The notes under the pieces were generated by a model, which was not told the DNA's origin, made no database searches, and saw only the letters and a list, made by a program, of their open reading frames with translations. Of a stretch of 20,000 nucleotides of DNA, positions 8,111-14,675 are shown in pieces. A program made the translations under genes and the position numbers. This DNA is from an uncultured virus (IMG/VR IMGVR_UViG_3300044591_001667) (lineage: Duplodnaviria; Heunggongvirae; Uroviricota; Caudoviricetes): IMG/VR virus record IMGVR_UViG_3300044591_001667; one strand, written 5' to 3'. Numbering within the stretch: the stretch's first letter is position 1; each line of letters begins with the position of its first letter.

Positions 8111-8832
8111 TTATATTCTTTTCTAGTCCAAAACTTATCTTTGTATGCATTGTAAAAGCTCATTTTTAGCTTTCTTATGCTTCTTTGAACAGTTATCATG
8201 TCTGATTGTTCTCCATACTTCATCTCATAAGATTCTCTTTTAAATGGAATCACCTGAGCCATCGGGTATCCTGCTGGGATAATCCCTTCCCAGTCTGGGT
8301 CAATCAAAAATGGAAAGTTGATTGGGTGAGCATAAGTATCAGTGTCAACAATAGCTGGTATGCATTGAAGTATTTGGTCTTTTCCATCCCTATTCATTGG
8401 AGGAAGAAATAGACATGAGTAACCTTTTGGAGTTATTACTGTCCAAGGTGAGTGGAATTTTGGAATTGCATTATCAGGATGCTTTTGTACATGGGGATGA
8501 GTAGACATTTGTATTGGTGGATGAAAACCTAGAACATCGTAGTCAGGCCATTGAAAAAGCTGCTGACCATTCTTTTTTGTTACCTTTACATCTGTTGTTA
8601 AAGGGATTATGTAACCTGCTGTCATAGCATCCAGCATCGGCATACACTTTTTTCCTGTAGCAGTGCCAGTGTTCAATCCAATGTCACTCCAGTAGACAGT
8701 CCCCTGCTCTCCATCTATATATGAAGGCAGTTTTTTATACCAATCTGGAATAGCTTTTTTGGCGGGATAGGGCCGAGTCTCCTCTGGAAGGTCTCCCATA
8801 AGGTCCACAAAAGTAATTGGTATTGAATTCAT
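8107..8832 (-). CDS. conserved phage hypothetical protein (DUF6065-like / dUTPase-like beta fold suspected)
   Basis: IPDWYK, KKCMPMLDAMTAGYIIP, PWTVITPKGYSCLF, IVDTD and IPAGYPMAQVIPFKRE. Confidence 0.65.
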   Translation of the reverse strand: MNSIPITFVDLMGDLPEETRPYPAKKAIPDWYKKLPSYIDGEQGTVYWSDIGLNTGTATGKKCMPMLDAMTAGYIIPLTTDVKVTKKNGQQLFQWPDYDVLGFHPPIQMSTHPHVQKHPDNAIPKFHSPWTVITPKGYSCLFLPPMNRDGKDQILQCIPAIVDTDTYAHPINFPFLIDPDWEGIIPAGYPMAQVIPFKRESYEMKYGEQSDMITVQRSIRKLKMSFYNAYKDKFWTRKEYN

Positions 8833-8927
8833 ATATCTAAAACTACACCTTTTTTCTCAGAAGACAACATACAACCTACCTATAATTATGAAAATATATA
8901 AGTTTCCTTACCCGACAAGCAAGGAAA

Positions 8928-8973
8928 AAGGCGGCTGGACCACTAAAAAACGGTCCAGTCGCCTTCTTTTATT
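8928..8973 (+). terminator. intrinsic terminator-like hairpin
   Basis: AAGGCGGCTGGACC-10 nt-GGTCCAGTCGCCTT followed by CTTTTATT. A-rich 5' flank, so possibly bidirectional. Confidence 0.7.
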
Positions 8974-9012
8974 TCAGCGATAATAGACCTTGGACAATGC
9001 ATTGGAGGAAAA

Positions 9013-9234
9013 ATGAGAAAACTAGGGCTTCTAAGCTTGGTAGCGATGAGTCTTCTTCTCACTGGTTGTGGAAACGGGTCATACCGTTACCCATGTCAGG
9101 ACCCAGCTAACTGGGAAACAGCAGACTGCAAACCGCCAGTTTGCACAGTCAATGGGACATGCCCAGAAGACTTAGTTGGTGAGGATGTAGTAAATGGAAC
9201 TACATCAGATGGAGGAACAGTAACAAATGACTAG
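9013..9234 (+). CDS. small Cys-rich lipoprotein
   Basis: GGAGG RBS, signal peptide with lipobox LTGC, and four further Cys residues. Confidence 0.8.
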   Translation: MRKLGLLSLVAMSLLLTGCGNGSYRYPCQDPANWETADCKPPVCTVNGTCPEDLVGEDVVNGTTSDGGTVTND

Positions 9235-9625
9235 AACTAGATATTCATCAGCGGACTTGGATGCTCGCCTAAAGTTTATTCTTGGAATCATCCTTGGGTT
9301 AATTCTGCTTTTTACAGCAGTAGGTATTCTTTACGCTCTTATTTTTGTTACCCAACCTGTAAACGCTCAGTCAGAGAATGACAAGATGTTCTTTAACGTC
9401 TTGGGAAGCATTGCAACATTCATTACTGGAACTCTTGCAGGTATTTTGATTGGTAGCAAGGGTGGAGATTCTGCAGCACCAATTGATTTTGGTACTCCCG
9501 AAGCTCCAGCTGCAGCAGCGTCTTCAACTGAACCAACTCCTACAGAAGATGCTCCAGCTACAGGTAAGCCAGAAGGTCAGATGCCTGATGAGCAGGACAT
9601 CGATGAGGAATGGGATAAGGACTAA
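9227..9625 (+). CDS. two-TM membrane protein with acidic tail (holin candidate)
   Basis: Two hydrophobic segments (FILGIILGLILLFTAVGILYALIFV and VLGSIATFITGTLAGILIG), directly upstream of the CHAP gene. Confidence 0.6.
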   Translation: MTRTRYSSADLDARLKFILGIILGLILLFTAVGILYALIFVTQPVNAQSENDKMFFNVLGSIATFITGTLAGILIGSKGGDSAAPIDFGTPEAPAAAASSTEPTPTEDAPATGKPEGQMPDEQDIDEEWDKD

Positions 9626-9627
9626 CA

Positions 9628-10203
9628 ATGGCCGAATTGGGGACAGCAGCCAAACTTATTGAGGTTGCAACAGCAGAACTAGGAACTATTGAAGGTCCTA
9701 AGGACAATGAAACAAAGTATGGTGCCTACACAAAGGCTAACTTCCAACCTTGGTGCGGAAGTTTCGTCAACTGGTGTGGAAACGAAGCCGGGGTAAAAAT
9801 CCCTAATACTGTTTACACTCCAGGTGGAGCAGCAGCATTCAAGAAAGCTGGACGTTGGTACGACGCACAGATTTGTGATCCAGAGCCAGGGGATATCGCC
9901 TATTTTGATTTCCCGGCAGATGGTGTTGATCGCATCAGTCACGTAGGAATTGTTATTAAAGATAACAATGACGGAACTGTCTGGTGTATCGAAGGAAACA
10001 CTAGCCCAGATAAAAAGGGAAGCCAAAGAAATGGCGGACAGGTTTCCAAGAAACTCCGTGCGTATAAGAAGAACAAAGCAGGAGAGCAAATCTCAATCGT
10101 GGGATTTGGTCGTCCTAAGTTTAATGGCGCAAGTTCTTCACCAGCATCTTCTGCTTCAAAACCAGCAGCAAAAGCAGAAAAGTGCCCGACCTGCGGTAAG
10201 TAA
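9628..10203 (+). CDS. CHAP-domain peptidoglycan hydrolase (endolysin candidate)
   Basis: Catalytic motifs PWCGSFVNW, PGDIAYFD, SHVGIV and IEGNT. C-terminal CPTCG. No signal peptide. Confidence 0.85.
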   Translation: MAELGTAAKLIEVATAELGTIEGPKDNETKYGAYTKANFQPWCGSFVNWCGNEAGVKIPNTVYTPGGAAAFKKAGRWYDAQICDPEPGDIAYFDFPADGVDRISHVGIVIKDNNDGTVWCIEGNTSPDKKGSQRNGGQVSKKLRAYKKNKAGEQISIVGFGRPKFNGASSSPASSASKPAAKAEKCPTCGK

Positions 10204-10298
10204 TGTATTACCTAACTCACGTCACCTTCCAAGGAGTGTTTATCGTAACTTTAGTTGCGGTAGCACTCTTTGGTTGTTGGTGGGTAGATAGAAACTAA
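10203..10298 (+). CDS. 31-aa single-TM peptide (not in ORF track)
   Basis: MYYLTHVTFQGVFIVTLVAVALFGCWWVDRN. TAATG overlap with the CHAP stop; it fills the gap to the next gene. Confidence 0.6.
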   Translation: MYYLTHVTFQGVFIVTLVAVALFGCWWVDRN

Positions 10299-10311
10299 AA
10301 ACGGAGAACGT

Positions 10312-10722
10312 ATGTACGAGTATCGCGTAAAAAAGGTTATCAAGGTTGTTGACGGTGACACCATTGATGTTGACATTGATTTAGGGTTTAACGTGTCTTT
10401 CTATCAACGAGTCCGTCTTGCTGGCATAGACACTCCTGAATCTCGTACTACCAATAAACATGAAAAAGAACTTGGTTTAGAAGTTAAAAAGAAACTTGCA
10501 GCTTTGCTTGCTAGTGCTGGAGATATTGTCATTAAAACAGAGAAGCCAGACAGCACAGAAAAGTATGGTCGTATTCTTGGGTGGCTATATCTTGATGGTG
10601 CAGAGGTCTCTGTCAATGAAGCTTTAATTGCTGGTGGATACGCTTGGTCTTATATGGGTGAAACCAAAGTTAAGGACTTTGATGCTTTGTTGGCAAAACG
10701 TAAACTAAAGAAGGACATCTAA
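10312..10722 (+). CDS. thermonuclease (SNase-like) family nuclease
   Basis: VVDGDTIDV, RVRLAGIDTPE, KYGRILG and VNEALIAGGYA. Confidence 0.9.
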   Translation: MYEYRVKKVIKVVDGDTIDVDIDLGFNVSFYQRVRLAGIDTPESRTTNKHEKELGLEVKKKLAALLASAGDIVIKTEKPDSTEKYGRILGWLYLDGAEVSVNEALIAGGYAWSYMGETKVKDFDALLAKRKLKKDI

Positions 10723-10910
10723 TGGAAGCAATACTTGTATATCTTGGCCTTGCCCTTGCTATCTCTTTTATTACTATTTCAGATGATAGAAAAGCAAAGA
10801 AGATTAAAGAAGGGTATAACCCAAACGCAATAGACCGCGACGGCGACGGGGTTGTCCAAGAAGGAACTAAGTTCGAACGTAAAGCTAAGAAGTCAAAGAA
10901 AAAAGCTTAG
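10722..10910 (+). CDS. small membrane-anchored protein with DxDGDG loop
   Basis: N-terminal TM segment, DRDGDGVVQE (Ca-binding-like loop) and a basic tail. TAATG coupling. Confidence 0.65.
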   Translation: MEAILVYLGLALAISFITISDDRKAKKIKEGYNPNAIDRDGDGVVQEGTKFERKAKKSKKKA

Positions 10911-11215
10911 TCATGTTTTAGGTTGCTTGGCACTTTAGCCAACTTACCTACAAACCCTTCTGGTGCATTTTCGAATCCGACCTTCTCGTCCAAGTAGCCT
11001 TTAATGGCTCTTGGCACAATAAAAGTTAGAATCTCTCTTGCTTCACAGACATTGCATCCACAAAATGGCAAGCCACTTTCTGTTTCTACATCAGCTTCAG
11101 GGGTATCACTTTCAGCGTCCACAGAGTCATACAGACTCATCATGTACTCTTCCAACCCATTTTGTAGGTCGGTAGCCCAACCCTCATCCCTAATCACAAA
11201 CTCTTTTATCTCCAT
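10907..11215 (-). CDS. hypothetical protein with CGCxxC motif
   Basis: FCGCNVCE motif. TATGAT-N6-ATG upstream on the minus strand. Confidence 0.7.
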   Translation of the reverse strand: MEIKEFVIRDEGWATDLQNGLEEYMMSLYDSVDAESDTPEADVETESGLPFCGCNVCEAREILTFIVPRAIKGYLDEKVGFENAPEGFVGKLAKVPSNLKHD

Positions 11216-11242
11216 CCCCCCATCATACGCTGCTTCGGCGTA

Positions 11243-11265
11243 AAAGGGAACGGGAGCCCGGAAAA
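11243..11265 (+). repeat. dispersed polar motif, copy 2 (AAAGGGAACGGGAGCCCGGAAAA)
   Basis: Core at 11254-11265, between two minus-strand genes. Confidence 0.9.
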
Positions 11266-11302
11266 AGCAAAACCCGCCCTCAAAACGAGGACGGGTCTTT
11301 GC
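11262..11302 (-). terminator. intrinsic terminator of the NlpC/P60 operon
   Basis: Minus strand reads ACCCGTCCTC-GTTTT-GAGGGCGGGT followed by TTTGCTTTTT, just after the stop at 11309. Confidence 0.8.
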
Positions 11303-11308
11303 TTACCG

Positions 11309-11551
11309 CTACTTTTTCTTTTTGAAGGAGCCCTTTAGTTTCAAGATGGCAGATTTCTCTGAATACTTGACCCACTCGTATACAAAGATGCATGCAGCGA
11401 TTAGGAAGCCTAAAGACTCTGCTTGAACTATGTAATAAGTGGTTGGGTTGACAAGGTACGTCTCCCACGGGAAGGTATATGCAACTACAGGGAATGCAAT
11501 TACATTACCGAACACAACTGAAGTCACAATGCTCTTGTATACGTTTGTCAT
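11309..11551 (-). CDS. small two-TM membrane protein
   Basis: Start assigned to MTNVYK (AAGGA RBS). Two hydrophobic segments and a basic tail. Confidence 0.65.
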   Translation of the reverse strand: MTNVYKSIVTSVVFGNVIAFPVVAYTFPWETYLVNPTTYYIVQAESLGFLIAACIFVYEWVKYSEKSAILKLKGSFKKKK

Positions 11552-11570
11552 TTTGTCCTTTCTAGTGTTT

Positions 11571-12332
11571 CTAGTTGTTAGTTTCAACAATTCGAGTATA
11601 GGTAATTACAACATCTCCGTTGCCCTTACCCCATTTGCTGATTGATGTAATTTCAGTCTTGTCGCCTCTTTTACCGCCAGAGTGGAGCATCTCATCTGGT
11701 CCAGTATAAATAGCGGTGTGGAAGGCCCCATTTGAGCCTCTATGAGTAAATGCAACTATGTCTCCGATTTTAGGATCATCGACAAAGGTTCCTGCCTCTT
11801 TTTGAACTGAAGCACTGTGATAGAGAGATATATCGAGATGTGCGTACATCCAAAGCACCAGACCAGAACAGTCCCAAGCGTCGGGGGTAGAGCCACCTAA
11901 GGCATACCAAGTTTTACCGACGTACTGTTTAGTTAGGGCAAGTGCCTTATTAAGGTTCTCTGTGTCTCTTGCTATCTTCTCTAGGCGAGCAATCTCTGCT
12001 TCTAGTTCTGCTTGCTTGCGCTCAGCTTCTGACTCAAGTTTGTCTTGCCTTGCCTTTTCTTGAGCCATCCAGTCTATGGAACCAATCTCAGGAGTTTCTA
12101 CCCTGACAATTGGACCAGTCACCACGGAGGATGTCTTTACTGGGCCCGAAAGAACGTTTGTTACTTGAACAGGATTTACAATCTTGGGAGCTGGCAGTGT
12201 TACTAGTTGTTCTGTTGTTACTTCTTGAATCGGCTCTGGCACTACTTCTGCAAGAGCAAAAGCTGCGCTAGTACCTGTAGTTATTACTAGTGCCGTCAAG
12301 GCACCTACTGTAATAAATCTTTTCCTTTTCAT
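11571..12332 (-). CDS. secreted NlpC/P60 (C40) peptidoglycan endopeptidase
   Basis: Signal peptide, coiled coil, then YALGGSTPDAWDCSGLV, IGDIVAF, HTAIYTG and MLHSG. Confidence 0.9.
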   Translation of the reverse strand: MKRKRFITVGALTALVITTGTSAAFALAEVVPEPIQEVTTEQLVTLPAPKIVNPVQVTNVLSGPVKTSSVVTGPIVRVETPEIGSIDWMAQEKARQDKLESEAERKQAELEAEIARLEKIARDTENLNKALALTKQYVGKTWYALGGSTPDAWDCSGLVLWMYAHLDISLYHSASVQKEAGTFVDDPKIGDIVAFTHRGSNGAFHTAIYTGPDEMLHSGGKRGDKTEITSISKWGKGNGDVVITYTRIVETNN

Positions 12333-12450
12333 TTGGCGACCTACCTTTCCTTGGTAGTTAGTACTCGGTCGTTGAGTGTTGAGGCGTCCTATTCAGTTAT
12401 GAACCTCCAGCTTAGTGTGATTCGAGTCACAGCTCAACTAGAGGTTATTT
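12333..12450 (-). ncRNA. candidate structured cis-regulatory 5' leader
   Basis: -10 TATGAT at 12462-12457. Stems 12446-12436/12412-12402 and 12431-12427/12420-12416. RBS-sequestering hairpin at 12371-12337. Confidence 0.55.
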
Positions 12451-12587
12451 CAATCTATCATATAGTTTTCTTTAAATTAGCCTTATCTTCGATTTATTGA
12501 AAGCCCCCAACTCCTACATCCCAGTAACCACCTACCATCCACCCCCTTTCCCCCCTTTTTTCTTTTTGCCCCGTTTTCTGCCGTTTT

Positions 12588-12610
12588 TAACGGAATGGGA
12601 GCCCGGAAAA
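12588..12610 (+). repeat. dispersed polar motif, copy 3 (TAACGGAATGGGAGCCCGGAAAA)
   Basis: Core at 12599-12610, 14 nt before TAGCCT-N6-ATG. Confidence 0.9.
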
Positions 12611-12636
12611 TCCAGTTTTTATGCTAGCCTGACTCC

Positions 12637-12774
12637 ATGCTTGATTTCCTAAAAAGACTGTTTTGTAAACATCCCATCACCACCCAATCCTCCTGCCCCT
12701 TTACTGGTAAGGACTACGACATTTGTATCGCATGCGGAAAGGTCTCTGAACGGGGTGGGAGCCCGGAAAATTGA
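12637..12774 (+). CDS. 45-aa Cys/His-rich putative zinc-binding protein (not in ORF track)
   Basis: MLDFLKRLFCKHPITTQSSCPFTGKDYDICIACGKVSERGGSPEN. Leaderless-type promoter. The stop overlaps the next gene's TTG start. Confidence 0.7.
   Translation: MLDFLKRLFCKHPITTQSSCPFTGKDYDICIACGKVSERGGSPEN
12748..12770 (+). repeat. dispersed polar motif, copy 4 (GAACGGGGTGGGAGCCCGGAAAA)
   Basis: Core at 12759-12770, abutting the TTG start at 12771. Confidence 0.9.
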
Positions 12775-13559
12775 TTTCTGAGCCGTATAAGGATATTTCG
12801 CAAGAAGTTGTTGATGTCTTAGAAGTTCTTATTGCTCCCGAAGATTCATATCATCAAAACCATAAGCGGCGTATGGCTCGCACTCTTGACCTACTTCTAC
12901 AAGAAAAACCAAAGGGTAAGCTCTTAGAGCTTGGAACTTCGAAAGTTATTCCGTTGTCGCTTCAGCAGCTAGCTCCAGATCTTGAAGTCCATGTAACTGA
13001 CTTTCAAAAGCATCTGCCCACAATTGACACTTCAACTATCTCAATTAAAGATAGAACGCTAGAAGCTCCAACCTACAGAATTGATTTAGAAACAGAAACC
13101 ATCCCCGTTGAGGATGAGAGCTTTGATGTAGTAATTTGCTGTGAAGTCATTGAGCACATGGAATTAGACCCAATGTTCATGCTGGCTGAGGTCAACAGAG
13201 TCCTCAAACCACAAGGAACTCTTATTCTCACCACACCCAACATCACCAGTTCAAGGGCTCTGTATAAGATGCTCAGGGGCATGGAGCCATACTTCTACAT
13301 GCAGTATCGCCACAAACCAGCTTTATATCGCCACAACTACGAGTACAGCGAGTACTCAATACGTCAGGTAACTAAAGCAGCGGGGTTCTCAGGGAGCGTA
13401 TGGACCGAGGATTCTTTTGAAGATGGAGTGATGGAGGACATCACCCGCCTACGAGCTATTGGCTACCCACTTACCTCCATTGGAGACAACATTTTTGCTG
13501 TCCTCACCAAAACTCGGGGGGTTGTAAATCGCTTCCCTTCGGTTATCTACGCAGACTAA
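12771..13559 (+). CDS. class I SAM-dependent methyltransferase
   Basis: LLELGT, IPVEDESFDVVICCEVIEHM, RVLKPQGTLILTTPN and HNYEYS. Confidence 0.88.
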   Translation: MISEPYKDISQEVVDVLEVLIAPEDSYHQNHKRRMARTLDLLLQEKPKGKLLELGTSKVIPLSLQQLAPDLEVHVTDFQKHLPTIDTSTISIKDRTLEAPTYRIDLETETIPVEDESFDVVICCEVIEHMELDPMFMLAEVNRVLKPQGTLILTTPNITSSRALYKMLRGMEPYFYMQYRHKPALYRHNYEYSEYSIRQVTKAAGFSGSVWTEDSFEDGVMEDITRLRAIGYPLTSIGDNIFAVLTKTRGVVNRFPSVIYAD

Positions 13560-13582
13560 TAACGGAATGAGAGCCCGGAAAA
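13560..13582 (+). repeat. dispersed polar motif, copy 5 (TAACGGAATGAGAGCCCGGAAAA)
   Basis: Exactly fills the 23-nt gap between the stop at 13559 and ATG 13583. Confidence 0.9.
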
Positions 13583-13849
13583 ATGAAGGTTAAGAAGATG
13601 AAACAGCCTCCAATAGGCTCTATTCTCGTAGACAAGGGTGGTAGTGCTTGGCAGCGCACGCCAAATGGTTGGTCCATGGCAGGAAGCGATGGATCTTGGC
13701 ACTACACATGGAAAGAGTTACTAGAAGAGTTACATCAGGAATTAAGACACCCAACCATTGAATGGGAGCCAGTTCTTGGGGATGCAAGGCTGCCTATGAT
13801 TGTGTATGTTCCTCATGAAGAGCTTTTTATTGAAGAAGAGGACGACTGA
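13583..13849 (+). CDS. hypothetical protein
   Basis: 88-aa Trp-rich ORF, coupled to the next ORF by TGATG. Confidence 0.7.
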   Translation: MKVKKMKQPPIGSILVDKGGSAWQRTPNGWSMAGSDGSWHYTWKELLEELHQELRHPTIEWEPVLGDARLPMIVYVPHEELFIEEEDD

Positions 13850-14022
13850 TGGCTCAATGTGTCAAAAAAGGCTTTCCTAGTCGAGAAATCGCTGACAGGT
13901 TTGCTCAGATGAAGAACTACTCTGAAACCAAAAAAGGACGTCGCGCTGCCTACGTTATTCACCCTTGTGACAAGTGCAATGCTTGGCATGTGCTTAAATC
14001 ACGCTCAGTTCGTACGGTCTGA
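13849..14022 (+). CDS. 57-aa putative zinc-finger protein (not in ORF track)
   Basis: MAQCVKKGFPSREIADRFAQMKNYSETKKGRRAAYVIHPCDKCNAWHVLKSRSVRTV, with a C...CxxCxxWH motif. TGATG overlap. Confidence 0.7.
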   Translation: MAQCVKKGFPSREIADRFAQMKNYSETKKGRRAAYVIHPCDKCNAWHVLKSRSVRTV

Positions 14023-14095
14023 AGGTTATCATACCTTTTAAAAACACCTGTTTTAGGTGTTGTAATTTAGAATTAACTTACTATATGATATTCCT

Positions 14096-14632
14096 ATGAC
14101 TACACATAACAGACCACAGTTTGGCTCTCTAAGCGAGAATCCTTTTGGAATCGTCGGAGTTTTCCAAGAGCGACCAAACAAGTACATGATGCTCCTCTCC
14201 CTTGCACAAGAAATCCTGCGTGAGGACTCCCACCTCTCTTCAACCGAGCGAGAAGTGATTGCTGCCTATACCAGCAAGCTAAATGGTTGCCAGTATTGCT
14301 GCGGCTCCCACACGGCCTTTGCCCAATCCCTTGGTGCAACTGAAGATGACATCTATGCCATCGAAAGCGGAGATGTCGAAGGACATCCTTTGTCTGCCAT
14401 CTTGAAGTATGTAAAGAAGCTGACTCTTGCTCCTAGCACTATTTCAAACGAAGACAAGGAACTAGTTCACGAGGCTGGCTTCTCAGAGGAGCAGTTGAAG
14501 GACGCGATTGCCGTTTGTGCCGCTTTCAACCTATACAACAGGATTGTTGAGGGTCATGGAATTGCCCCTCACGATAACTACGACAAAGACGTAGAAATGA
14601 TCAATACTCATGGCTACGACCGTAGGTATTAG
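14096..14632 (+). CDS. AhpD/carboxymuconolactone decarboxylase-family (peroxidase-related) protein
   Basis: LSSTEREVIAAYTSKLNGCQYCCGSH, YVKKLTLAP, AGFSEEQL and AFNLYNRIVEG. Confidence 0.88.
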   Translation: MTTHNRPQFGSLSENPFGIVGVFQERPNKYMMLLSLAQEILREDSHLSSTEREVIAAYTSKLNGCQYCCGSHTAFAQSLGATEDDIYAIESGDVEGHPLSAILKYVKKLTLAPSTISNEDKELVHEAGFSEEQLKDAIAVCAAFNLYNRIVEGHGIAPHDNYDKDVEMINTHGYDRRY

Positions 14633-14675
14633 TCCCTACGAGGAGTCGACAGGGTTCTACTCCAGTAGGACTGCA

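Noticed and set aside
9450..10616. ORFs 9450..9662, 9679..10089, 9950..10291 and 10404..10616
   Set aside because: They overlap well-supported membrane-protein, CHAP and nuclease genes in other frames and have no motifs of their own.
12333..12450. Canonical c-di-AMP (ydaO) riboswitch
   Set aside because: The expected conserved segments were not recognised. It is kept only as an unassigned structured leader.
4028..13582. GAGCCCGGAAAA copies as a CRISPR array
   Set aside because: Spacing is irregular (160 bp to 7 kb), whole genes lie between copies, and no cas genes are present.
14043..14061. Inverted repeat AACACCT-N5-AGGTGTT (and the palindrome AGAAGTACTTCT near 7683-7694)
   Set aside because: Each is short and single-copy. 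They could be operators or weak terminators but cannot be distinguished from chance.
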